In this document: positions 13,458 to 25,376 of the stretch, piece by piece
Position numbering within the stretch: position 1 is the stretch's first letter
Layout of the letters: the number at the start of each line of letters is the position of its first letter
Source: Octopus bimaculoides
Taxonomy: Eukaryota
Direction of reading: 5' to 3'
Length of the DNA: 64,000 nt
Assembly (NCBI RefSeq): GCF_001194135.2
Contig: NC_068993.1
Location: 42,478,486 to 42,542,485 of the forward strand
Notes under the pieces: model-generated
What the model was told of the DNA's origin: nothing
The model's input: only the letters and a program-made list of their open reading frames with translations
The model's database searches: none
Program-made: the position numbers and the translations under genes

Positions 13458-13909
13458 ATTTCTCTCCTCCCCGTCATCCTCACTTGAGGGCGCTACCCTG
13501 AATTTCAGAAGCACATTAAAGTGTGATCCATTGCTAATAACAGAAACCTCTGTAACCCGTGAACTATCGAACTATCGATCTCAATTCCAACGCTACGAAA
13601 GTGATGAAGATAGTCATTAACAAACACAATCTCTAGCAATTTGAATGCCCCTTTCTTGTTAATGACATCTATATGGCTCCCATAAAACCAAATCTACTGA
13701 AACCTTGTTCGCTTATCTCATGGATTATAGTCTCACCTCTGAATAAATGAGAGAAAACGCCGTAATAGTTGGCACTTGGTTGTATCTGCCAGAGGAATAT
13801 CTTAGCTTTGCCTCTTACCCTTGGGATAGATCAAGTTAGGAAGTTTCTTGCCTTTAGGTTATGAAGTTTCTTCTAAGTCCATACTATCGCAGTGGCTTTT
13901 GTTGGAATT

Positions 13910-13968
<59 letters not shown>

Positions 13969-14123
13969 ATCTATCTATCTATCAGTCTATCTCTCATTTG
14001 CTCTGTCTGTCTGTCTCTTCCTGACAGTCTGTGAAAGAAAAAGACGGAGAGGAACAGAAAGATATCTATCTTTCTGCCCCCCCCCACCTCTCTCTCTCCA
14101 TCTGACCTATATTCTGACCTAGC

Positions 14124-14400
14124 GTGTCCCAAGGTTTTGTTTTATCACCCAGACTCTTCCTAATATACGCCAAACACCTACTTGCATCACCGCCAACGAC
14201 CCCACCCCCTCTCTTAACCATATATTACCACTCTTCCTTCCTTCCTGACATATTTTCAACCAACATTCATATGCAACTTAGACTTGTCACACCAAACATG
14301 CTCTCTGATCATGAACACCATAAAGAGAGACCTCGAAGTCATTCTCTAATAAGATCATGCTAATATAATTTCATTCAACAAGACAAAAACTCTACCACTT
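14124..14400 (+). mobile_element. LINE reverse-transcriptase fragment (CR1/L2/Jockey-like)
   Basis: VSQGFVLSPRLFLIYAKHLL matches the RT motif GVPQGSVLSPxLFxIYINDL. Confidence 0.55.
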
Positions 14401-14929
14401 CATATCAACAATAAAACAATATGGTTTTCATAAACAACATTCAAATCAAATAAAGATATGGTATATGTAACTGAAATAGTATGAAATTACAATAGCAATC
14501 TATGTATCATAGTTAATGTATATATACATCGTTGATAGGCGATTACTGCGGTATTCCTCCTGTGATAACATCCGTTCTGGACGTGATCACGTCTATAAGA
14601 GATTATCTCAGGAAGAATACAGGGGTAACTGGTCTATAAATGGCATATATGACGCATAGATAGCTATTTCAGTTCAAACGTTGTCACAAGTGCTAGGCCT
14701 TGCTGTCATTGATGATCGCGATTGGGGATCCCAACTCCTCAATATAATCAAGTCTGCACCACGAAGACTGGTTTTACACTTCAGAGCAGCAAATATTATA
14801 GGTCTCAATAGTGCCTAATTGGGGATTTAAAATGCTTAAGTGAGACCTGCTCAGGAATACTGATTACACATCATGGATTGTGTTACTAATTAGCAGGAAA
14901 ATCTCACTTAATATCAAACTCAACCATCT

Positions 14930-15190
14930 TGCTTGCTATATGATTTCTCTCTCTTTTCCGTCGCTACTACCGTGACCTCTAATTCTCAGAGATGCCTTAT
15001 CTCGAGCCACTGCATTTATCTTCACAAATTCACTTGTCTCTCCATTTTCCGACATCCATAATGTGTCCACCCTCCTCTGGATCCGCAGAACATCTAACCT
15101 TCCATTAGAACTACATCCATGCCCATTTTTCTTCTACTGTCATTAACCTTCAGACGTTGAAGTGGAACATCTACCATATGTCCATAGTCA
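14930..15190 (+). mobile_element. Degraded LINE ORF2 C-terminal fragment, probably the same element as 14124-14400
   Basis: CTCTCTCTTTTCCGTCGCTACTACCGTG... resembles SLFYRYYHG; frameshifted downstream. Confidence 0.35.
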
Positions 15191-18082
15191 AAGTTATTTC
15201 CTACTGATCAAATCTTGAAAAGAAAAAAAGACTATCCTTAATAGTTAATATATATATAACTTCAGATGCAAAACAAGATTAAAAATATCTGACCTATTTC
15301 TAGTAACATTTTCATTTACATATCACTTTAAAACTTCTTCCATAAAGGAAAGTAAACATTTTTGTATGTTTTTCCTTAATTCATAAAACCATACAGTAGA
15401 TGTAACCTGAATGCATATTTCAACGGTTCTACTGAAACCATAGCATTCGATTATCCGGCTCAGAGCCGTTTTCTTGGAGACTTTCCTCGTTTAGGTTCCT
15501 TGTCCATTTAAAATCTATTTTCTCCGTCTACTAAATATACACAACCGAAATCAAAACATTGCTCTTTACATTATCTTGTGTTCTTGTCTTTTGGTTAGTC
15601 TATTTTTTTTTATTTCTTTATCTATTCTACACATTCTAGCTTTATTATTCACCTATTTTTTTTTTAGCTATCTTCCTACTTTTCCTTTTATATTTCTCTT
15701 CATTCTCTACTACAGTCCTTTGTATTGATTTCTCTTAACTCTATCTTTTCTTTATCCTTCTTTTTTCTCCATTTTCTATTGACTTTGAATTTGTTTCCAT
15801 TGTACTTATCTTTGCCTCGCGTTGCATATTTACTTTTACTTTGACTCCGGTCATTTTTATACAGATTATTGAATTTATATCTAACTAGCCAGTAAAACAT
15901 TCGATTTTTTTTTTGTACGAAGCGGAACCAAAACCAAACAGCATTGTTAGTTATTATTCAAAAGTGAACACTAAAATGATACCGTATTTTTTCATGTATA
16001 TACTGTTCAGTAATCTTTCTTCGGAGAGACGTTTAACGATTCAATAAACTAATCTATCCGCCATGTTTTGAACTATACGTAGCAATTTAGTACAGTCCCA
16101 GCTTCTTCTGTAAAGTAACATCAGTAATTCAAGGATAGTATTTTTCCAGACACGCTATGAAATGAATGCCTAGAGTTAGAATTCATAAAAATGTGGTTTC
16201 TTTAAGTCATTTGTGAAACGTGATGTTTTATATTTTCCAAAATTCATAGACCATATCAAGAAATACTAACATGCACCATTTAAGAAGCTCTCCACCTTTT
16301 CATTTCTCAGACTCTAAGCTAACCTGTGTCGTGAAGAAAACTAGAATATATAATGTTATTGCAAAGAAAAAAACCTGAGACAGTATTAATGGATATGGGA
16401 TATCAGCTGGGGAAATATATTCACTTATATTTGCACATAATATTTATCGCTCGCTTGCGCATAAAAAAAAATGGAAATTTTCAGTATATTTGGTTTATTT
16501 ATAAACTCTGAAAAATCTGCATTTTTTAGAATAGATATATATTTGTATCTATTAATGTGTAAAAATACGTATCTGTAGTGAATTATAATCTTGGATTTTG
16601 TTTAAAATATCTCGTATATAAAAGTCATAAGATTCATTCCCCACTTTGCTCCGCTGAGATAACATTTATTACAGGTTTAACATCTAGCTTTTTACCACTG
16701 TTTATTATAAACTTGCAAATACTTCATTGCTCCTCCGGTTGCTCTGGCTCCGCCAGCTCTAAAGTGTGGCTAACGATTTAGATAATATGTCGAATCTTAC
16801 GTGTTCTTCTCATACAGGTACTACGAGCAGTTATGGACACTATCATCAGCCAAAACCCAAGTAATCAACCAACCAATGTCTTACCATAGACTCTCTACAG
16901 AAACCAAATTCTTCCAGTCTACCTACTCTCCACCTTAGTCCAAACCATTGCAGAACACCATCCATTGCAACAATCGCTATAATTAGGCCTTCATATCATC
17001 TTTTTCACAATGGACAAAAATATTTGTAATCTTCTGCTGAAAAAGTTCACTCGTAAACAAAACTTGTGATCATAAATCTAGAATGTTTAAAAGCCGCGAC
17101 TCACACATATAGCTTTTGGTGTATCTCTCATTTGAATTAATATTCTGTGTAGATTATCTTTGTTTCGCTTCTTGAGTTTTTTTAAGTTTTTTTTTTTTTA
17201 TTCATCACTATTCCTACTTTCCCTTTTTTAACAGAACACTTCCTTTGCTAGATTGGATGCATCACCGCTTTTATCCATGTCTAATTCTACTTCCATTCAT
17301 CTCCTCATTGTACTTTTTTAAACCACTTCGGCCGAACCCTATCTCCTCATTCCCCTACCATTCCTAACGTTACTTATCACCTTAATTCCTTTATTATTTG
17401 ATTGCCTTCAACTGAAGCAACAACCCACTTTCAGCTATTTTCTACACACTCAAACGAAGGCTAGCAGTGCGAAACGCCAGGGCATTCGCACCAATTTTAG
17501 TTATCAAGATTCTCTATAATGTCTCCTAAGAGCTACTTATTCCCGACTCAGGCCATCAACAGAGTCTACTAATTCTGATTTTACATTATATGTAAATTAC
17601 TTCAGCCAATAAATCATTAATATTTACCGAGTTTATTTGTAACTGATATCACAGAACTGTGTAACGGTTTCTCTTTGACCACATGTAACTTAACAAGATT
17701 AAGTAAAATATTTTTTTCGTTTCTTTTTTTTCAGGCAATCTTTTGTAACACAAACAAAAGGTATGATAAATAATTAATTATAAAATAAGCAATGATTATT
17801 GGATGTGGTTAATGAATTCACAACGCAAACAATGTTATTTCTTATTGCGCCCTTTTCTCAACTTAAATTTTTAACAAACCATGTTGAAATTACAACACGC
17901 AAATTCAATTCTCATGATACACTTGCTCTTAGCTGAGTTCAGCATTTCTTTTCTCATTAAATGTAGGTGAATATATGTCACGTTTCGAAACAGCCTTGCA
18001 TCCAAGGCTTCTTTTGTAATGTGTGGGGTACAAAGCATTCCGAAAGCAAGATGCATTTGGTATTTGGCGACGCTTCATTCTA

Positions 18083-18287
18083 CACACCGGGTGAAATACC
18101 TAGCGGTATTTCGCCTGCCGTTACGTTCTGAGTTCAAATTCCGCCTAGGTCGACTTTGCCTTTCATTATTTCAGGGTCGATTAAATAAGTACCAGTTAAA
18201 CACTGGGGTCGAAGTAATCGACTTAATCTCCTTGTCTGTCCTTGGTTTTCCCCTCTATATTTAGCCCCTAGTGGGCAATAAAGAAAT
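18083..18287 (+). mobile_element. Family A SINE, CpG-retaining copy
   Basis: ...TTCTGAGTTCAAATTCCGCCTAGGTCGACTTTGCCTTTCATT...GGGTCGATTAAATAAGTACCAG...CACTGGGGTCGAAGTAATCGAC. Confidence 0.85.
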
Positions 18288-18534
18288 GAAATTATCACAG
18301 CTACTACTCAACCACTACCGTGAGCAAGTCAGGTGTTTATACTTTCAAAATCTTCATTTGATATTATTTAGAATTCAACTGAGCAAAAAATTATGAAAGT
18401 AACGCAAAAGTTTTCCTGAGAATTTTACATTAAGTTCATGCGCTATAGCTGTAATCTGTTACGTGCTCGCAATTCGTACCACTCCATAACGATACATTTC
18501 GAGATCCACACAAGTAATCTTACTTTCATAAATA

Positions 18535-18734
18535 ATGGTTTCAAATGTTGGTACAAGGCCAGCAATTTTTGCGGAACGTGTATGTTAATTGCATCAACCC
18601 CAGTGTTCAACTGGCACTTATTTTATCAACCCCGAAAGGGTGAAAAGTAAATTCAGCTTCAACGGAATTTGAACCTAGAGCGTGATGACGGAAGAAATGC
18701 CTCTAAGCTTTTGCCCGTTGTGGTAATGATCTGC
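18535..18734 (-). mobile_element. Family A SINE
   Basis: Reverse-complement homology: CCCCAGTGTTCAACTGGCACTTATTTTATCAACCCCGAAAGG...GGAATTTGAAC. Confidence 0.75.
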
Positions 18735-19028
18735 GAAATTTCATAAATATTAACCATTTAACCGTGTAATTTAGTTCCATGGATATTCACGTATTAATGT
18801 TAATTATCCAGCAAAATATAGAATTTGTATTTCTGAAGATATAGAACTGATATTTTCACATTGCCGCATGAGATTGACATACTCCAACAAAAGCTATTTT
18901 CAAACATGACAAACCTCAGCAAAGATAGATTGGTATATAAAACTGATTTTCATAGTTAAAAGCAATGAAACTTTAGGTAGGTATTTCTGATTTCCGCAGT
19001 AAAAGGGTTAAGTTGGCTTTCAGTCAAG

Positions 19029-19101
19029 TGATAAGTGCACTTAACTGCACTTATCATGCTTTAGTTAACTAAAGCATGATCGATGATAGCGTTCCATCGA
19101 T
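19029..19101. repeat. Three overlapping inverted repeats including a perfect 28-bp palindrome
   Basis: TGATAAGTGCA/TGCACTTATCA (19029-19056); ATCATGCTTTAGTT|AACTAAAGCATGAT (19053-19080); ATCGATG/CATCGAT (19079-19101). Confidence 0.9.
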
Positions 19102-19399
19102 ACTGTGTATTTCTCTGTCAAACCCGTTTGATATTTGGTATTAGAAACTCAAATGTTACAAATGCAACATATCAAACGAGTTCACTTCCGAGATTCGTGT
19201 CAATGAAACCGGTCATTCTTCTGAATCTGGAATTTACTCTTTGATTATCTGTCCAAAAATAAAAAAAAATCTATAGTGGTCGGGTTTACATCGTTTAATT
19301 ATCCGAAGCGTATCCCATTATTTGATATAAACATAGTACAGTTTCAAAAGCTGGAATATGTCGTTGAGTCAAATTAGTATTTTTTACCAGTTCTGTTAT

Positions 19400-19447
<48 letters not shown>

Positions 19448-19514
19448 GTATGTAAAAAACTGAAAGAAGCTGCCGTATATGTGTGTGTGTTGTGTGTGTA
19501 TTTATGTGCGTGTC

Positions 19515-19699
19515 TGTGTTTGTACCCCCACCATTGCAAGTGTATTTATGTCCTCGTAACTTAGCGGATGGACAAAACAGACTGATAGGATAAGTACTAG
19601 GCTTACAATAATGCGTCCTGGAGTGGATTTCGACTAAAAACCTTTAAGGCGGTGCTCCAGCATGGCCGCAGTCAAATGCCTAAAAAAAGTAAAAGAATA
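19515..19699 (+). mobile_element. Family B SINE 3' part with LINE-shared tail
   Basis: Ends AAGGCGGTGCTCCAGCATGGCCGCAG (19646-19671), 25/26 identical to the LINE 3' end at 35226-35251. Confidence 0.75.
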
Positions 19700-19713
19700 C
19701 AAGGACATTAATA

Positions 19714-19906
19714 CAGTTCTATATTTAAGAGACGAGGAATTATGTACATTATTTACATTATTTACATTATTTACATTTGACGGATATTGGTCCTCATCTT
19801 GTTTGTTATTAACACAACATTTCGGCTGATATACCCTTCAGCTTTGATTAGGTGTCTTCGGGAAATTTCGAACCTGGGTTCTCATTTCTAAGGTATTTTT
19901 CGATGC

Positions 19907-19978
<72 letters not shown>

Positions 19979-20235
19979 CATATGGCGTAGTGGTTAAGAG
20001 CGCGGGCTACTAACCCCAATATTCTGAGTTCGATTCCAGGCAGTGACCTGAATAATAATGTTAATAATAATAATAATAATAATAACATTGAAAAAATGCC
20101 TTAGGAACGAGAAGCCAGGTTCGAAATTTTCCCAAGACACCCGAAGAAGGCTGGAGCGTATATCAGCCGAAACGTTGTGTTAACAACAAACAAGATGAGG
20201 GCAAATATCTGTCAAATGTAAATAATGTAAATAAT
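19714..20235 (+). mobile_element. tRNA-headed SINE-like element with Penelope-like HHR tail and inverted headless duplicate
   Basis: Head 19976-20048 (A box TGGCGTAGTGG, B box GAGTTCGATTCC), (AAT)n, tail 20087-20235; 19714-19976 is the reverse complement of the (AAT)n plus tail; both arms hold a minimal HHR fold. Confidence 0.8.
20136..20181 (+). ncRNA. Minimal type I HHR, core mutated (CCGAAGA); second degenerate copy on the minus strand at 19812-19856
   Basis: GACAC-CCGAAGA-A-GGCTG(loop)CAGCC-GAAA-CGT-T-GTGTT: stem I ACAC/GTGT, stem II 5 bp, palindromic ACGT stem III. Confidence 0.6.
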
Positions 20236-20270
20236 ATATATAAAAGTACATTAGATGCAATTGAATTTTA

Positions 20271-20645
20271 CCTTTTTGGTTTTATATTGCGTCTAGCCAC
20301 CATCGTTATTTTTTCTACACTATCATTTTGCAGAATCATCCATTGATTTATACGGTAATTACCACATACTGTCAGGTAAGATTTAGCTTAACCATAAGCG
20401 ATGGAATAGTCACTACTGATGAACTTTAATTCCAAGCGAAACTAGCTTGCTAGTATAGTGACCCCGCTCGCTTTTTGGCGGTTACGTCCCTTTTCAGTAC
20501 ATAGAAAATGTGCTTTTTATGGCCATAAGAATCTTGACTCTTGTTTCTAGCAATGTAGGTGCTACCCTGCACCCCAAGTCACTATTAGTGACAACAGAAT
20601 ATTTCCCTTTTGGTTTTATATTCCTTGTAGCCACCGTCGTTATTG
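20271..20645 (+). mobile_element. Retrozyme-like unit: 334-bp period with ~40-bp terminal direct repeats around an HHR
   Basis: CCTTTTTGGTTTTATATTGCGTCTAGCCACCATCGTTATT (20271-20310) recurs as CCCTTTTGGTTTTATATTCCTTGTAGCCACCGTCGTTATT (~20605-20645); the GG anchors are at 20278 and 20612. Confidence 0.6.
20396..20473 (+). ncRNA. Near-canonical extended type I hammerhead ribozyme
   Basis: Stem I GTCACTA/TAGTGAC (20409-15/20456-62) plus distal AAGCGA/TCGCTT; CTGATGA 20416-22; stem II CTT/AAG with A-C closing mismatch; GAAA 20438-41; stem III ACTAG-CTTG-CTAGT; GUA site at 20455. Confidence 0.8.
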
Positions 20646-21999
20646 TGTGTGGATATATATATATATACACATATATAACTGAAAACGAAAGAAGTTTTCT
20701 ACAGTATATATAACATTGACCGACATATGTTTGAATTACAGCAACTACACATTGATCCGTATGTAATTATGCAACCTAGTCGCTGCAATTTCATACATAT
20801 ATATCTCCCCAGGAGCGGATATGCTAGGAAATAACAAAATGCGGTATATCAGTATTGAAGGAGCCAAGTCCCCAGATTGTCTACGACTGTTGCACATAAT
20901 GTAAAACGGTCATTATTGTTCGCAGGTTTTCTGTCTATAGTAATATAAACATAACGTTGATCCCGCTGTTGAGTTTCTTTGTGTAAAAGATGTAATTATA
21001 CATAGAATATAAAATACATCAGCAGTTAATTGCTTTGTACTTGCCTAAGACCTGCAAAGATATACTGAAAACTAGAAGGAAACATAAACACAAAGTTCGT
21101 TTGTTTTACAAAATAATAATGATAATGTTCATAATAATAATATTACCATTTTTTATCAAATATACATATAGTAGGTGGGTGGTTTTAGTAAATAGGAACT
21201 GTACAATAAACCCTCAGTAAGGAAGCATGTTTTTGATTAAATTCTTTTGCAAAAGGCGGTTTTATCCGTTTCATAAGATACTGATCCTTGTAAGAAGGTA
21301 TGTGAAAACAAAAGTATCTTATTTAACTATTCTGACCGTTTAATACACTTCTCGATTCTTGTGTTAAACTATCTATAAAAATCCTGTTGCTGAAGATATT
21401 ATTATTTATGCCAAAATCTAAGTGGGAGAGTCTTGTGCAAAGCCAATCGGTGAAAAAGGGTTGCAAATGGTTGAGAACAAGTGTTTTACAAGAATACATA
21501 CAAACGATTAGATGACTCCATTTAGACATCTAAGCGTAGACAGGATTTATAAAGATATGTACAGCCTTACTTGTAACATTTCAATCAGGGGTTAATACAG
21601 CACCGCTTCAGCTTTCATTCTATCTTATAACTAGTCATCTGTATATTTCTATGAATTTAGAGAAACAATCACTCATCTTAGAATGTATCAGAAGGATTGG
21701 AAAATGCGCAGAAATTAACTCTAGTACAATGTTATATAGCTCTCGTGATGTATAATTATATTTTCTATTCATTGTCATTTATCTGAAACATCGAGTGCGT
21801 GGCTAATTCTTATATTACTGAATCACTCAAATAGGTAATTCTTATCTTATCTACAAACTGTCCGTTGTCAATATCATTTCGCCCAGCTTTGTGTATTTTT
21901 TTCATGAAAGCAAACAAGAAATTTGTGATCAGGAACACTACCCACAACTTTAGCAGACCTTCCCCAAATAATATGATCGCCTGACCTTTAACACCCGGA

Positions 22000-22720
22000 A
22001 TTTGGTAGAGAAAGAATGCTTTTAACAACAAACTTCGATAAAAAAAATCTACGGAGTTAAGCTAAAGGTGCGATAGACTTACCTCCATTATTACTAATCA
22101 AAATGGAAAAAGTCATGATTCGTAATAATGGCATCTGCTGCGAGATGTTGTTCAAATATATCCTTTACTTCTACATTACAGTCACAGACAACTGCTTAAT
22201 TGGTTTGTAGGATGAACACGGTTTAGACAAATCAGGTATTTTGAGTACACACCTGTATTGGCAGAAGCATAGATTCCCTATCATAGTCATACAAAGAAAC
22301 TCGAAACCTTTACCCATGCGTAATCTACACAAAATCTAAAAATAAAATGGCAAGATAGGATATCAAATGCCAAAATTTTAAAGAGTAATATCACCAGTAA
22401 CGAAAGCATGCTGCTGAGAATATATCCAGCATAGAAAGTATGCTGCTGGGAATATCTCCAGCATTGAAACCATGCTGTTGAGAATTCAGTGCATATTGGG
22501 AGGACATGTTGCTCCAATGCATGATGGTCGCATTGAAAAAACTTTTTCGTAATATGTAGAGGGATTCTTAGGTAGAAGAGAATCCAGCGAAGGTATAAGG
22601 ATGAATTGAAACAATCACTAAAATCCCAACAGCTTAATTTAACATTCTGGGAATGCTATTCTCTAGATTGATCTGAGTGGCGTAAAATGTGTCATGATGC
22701 ATCGAATGAATTTGTGATGA
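22000..22720 (+). mobile_element. RTE-clade LINE ORF2 C-terminal remnant
   Basis: Frameshifted LSTHLY..AEA*IPYHSHTKKLETF..RNLHKI*KIKWQDRISNAKILK...SIETMLLRIQ...GHVAPMHDGRI, typical of RTE post-RT motifs; 5' boundary approximate. Confidence 0.7.
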
Positions 22721-23209
22721 AGAAACATAACAATAAAAGAATTATATCCTGCAATCAAGAGACGCATTTGTGCAATTCCAGGCAAATTCATCATAACCTC
22801 TATTGCGACTTTATAGCAAAATCCATGCCTGGACTTAATTTATGTCCATGCATCCATCACAAATAGATACAGCTTCTATTTCTGTAGAAACATTCCTTCA
22901 GACACTCCTACGTCGAAATCAATGGGATTGACCAACCAACCCCACAACCACCCGTCTACGTCATCATCATCATCATAATTATCATCATCATCATCATCAT
23001 CATCAATTATTTTTGCTGTTGTTGTTGCTGCTGCTTTATATATATATATATTCATTTATTTTACTTATTCCTTAATTTGACATGGATAGAAAAAATGGTG
23101 TCGTTTAGTAAAGTGTGAAAATCGGTTTCTTGATTTAATGTGTTAATGTAACTGGAATGAATATTTCAACGTTACGAAAGACCATCTCAGTTTTTGCTAA
23201 AGCATGAAG

Positions 23210-24120
23210 AATATATACGAAAAAATATTCATAAATATTCATAAATATCCTTTTTGCAAAGCAAAGGAGCGGAGGAAATTTATGGAGAGAGTAAAGAAGT
23301 ACTGAAGGAATAGCTGCTCATCTTACTTCACAGGAAAATCTGCCGGCCAAGGTTTTGAATTGGTCATTTTGAGGTCACAGATGAACCCCGATCAGGACGG
23401 CCAACTTCTGCGACCGCAGAGAACAAAGCCGACGCAAAGGGTTGGCACATCATACTCAACATTCTGGATATGGGAAAGCCTTCCGTAAAATGGGTTCCAA
23501 AATGGCTGGATGCAGATCAGAAGCGCATCAGAGTGACGGCATCAAAGGCGACTTTGGACTGGGTTGCAGCGCGCGATGCTGATTTTACGGTTCGTTTAGT
23601 CACCATGGATGAAACTTGACTTCATCATTATGATCCCCACATCAAGCAGCAATCAATAGAGTGGCGCCATAGCAGTCCCCGTGTCCCAGGAATTTTCGGT
23701 CCCAAAGTCAGCTGAAAATATTCTGGCTTCAGTGTTCTGGAACAAAGACGGAGTACCCCTCATAAAATACCTGCGAAAATGTCGAACCATCAACGCAAAA
23801 TATAAAATGTATCTATAGGATGAACTACATGAAGCTTTGAAGTAGAAATGCCGTGGAAATATGAGTCATGGACTCCTGTTTTTGGAGGAAAATGCACCAG
23901 CAAACACAGTAATTGGAACTCTACGAAAAGTACGCGATCATGTCATGGAATTTGTAGACCACCTATATTATTCTCCTGACGTGGCCCTCTCCGACTCTCA
24001 CGTCTTTCTACAACTGAAGAAACATCTCAAGGGAAGGAAATTACACTCCGATTAGGAAGTGATCGCTGCTACAGAGGCCGGGGTTGGGACCCCAACCTTC
24101 CGAGTTCTTTGGGAAATGAA
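23210..24120 (+). mobile_element. mariner transposase remnant
   Basis: KWVPKWLDADQKRIRV, LVTMDET*LHHYDP, EENAPA, YYSPDVALSDSHVF (WVP, DE, D-D motifs), with stops and frameshifts. Confidence 0.85.
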
Positions 24121-24232
24121 CGTCTGGGTTTCATGCACTTAAAATAACTGGAAATTTCAATCAGAGATTACCTAGGGAAAAAAACAGGAACAACTACAAA
24201 ATCAGCAACTCCTATTAAAATGCTCAGTCGTT

Positions 24233-24390
24233 GAGCTGGCAGAATCATTAGCTTGCCGGACGCAATGCGTCGCGTTATTTCGTCCGCTTTTATGTTCTGA
24301 GTTCAAATTCCGCCGAGACTGACTTTCATCCTTTTGGACATGATAAAATATGTATCCTACAAGTACTGGAGGCGATGTGATCGACTTACT
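24233..24390 (+). mobile_element. Family A SINE
   Basis: GAGCTGGCAGAATCATTAGC...TTCTGAGTTCAAATTCCGCCGAG...TTTCATCCTTTTGG. Confidence 0.8.
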
Positions 24391-25157
24391 TGATCTCTTA
24401 AAACTTGAGGTAATGTCTTAAGCTACTGCTATCTAGCACATTCGGATGATCTCTACTCAACCGCTACACAACTGCTACTCAACCGCTGCTCAACACTCCT
24501 ACTACGGCCAGACTACCTCTATTTATATGTCTTGGGTGATCCTAGTTCTTCCCGTGGGTGCGTCGACACAATAGTGCCCCTAGTATAAACAATTATTACA
24601 GTACTCTCAAAATATATTTGGATCGCTAGAGCATGCAAAAATATAAACCTCCATTTATTACTTGCGCAACTGCGGATCGATCGCCGCTCGCTGGAGTTCC
24701 TGTTGACTCTCGTCTGCCTAAAAACTACAAAATAATAATCAAATATCTAGAGAAATTGAATCGAATAGATATTTCACCTACACATTTTTTTTTCTTTGTA
24801 ACTCACTTCAGAAATCATTATTAATACGGTTGCATCGTGGGAAATTTAGTCTTTTATTTCATTTGCGACACATTCCTGGAATTGGCATCAGTTCAATACC
24901 TATATATATATTTTTTTAATATTTTTATGTACATCTGTATGAATGTGTTAGTATACATATATATATATATATATATATATATGCGTGTGTGCGAGTGTGT
25001 GTGTGCGTGTGTGAGTGCGTGTGCGTGTGTGTGCATGCGTGTATTTCGCGCGTGAGTATGCGTCTATCTGTCTGTCTGCCTGTATATGTGTACGTACATA
25101 TATATATATATATGTGTGTACATATATATGTATATGTATACATACATACATATATAC

Positions 25158-25228
<71 letters not shown>

Positions 25229-25291
25229 NNNNNNNNNNCATATATATATACATACATACATACATATATATATACATACATACATATATAT

Positions 25292-25340
<49 letters not shown>

Positions 25341-25342
25341 CA

Positions 25343-25376
<34 letters not shown>

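Noticed and set aside
17445-17480. ...ACGAAGGCTAGCAGTGCGAAACG, a PLE-like HHR echo
   Set aside because: Core has several mismatches and stem II does not pair.
19170-19215. GAAACCGGTC palindromic stem III preceded by a small hairpin
   Set aside because: No CUGANGA and no stem I; at most a dead remnant.
19976-20048. Functional tRNA gene
   Set aside because: A and B boxes are present but acceptor and anticodon arms do not form a cloverleaf, and it continues into a repeat body.
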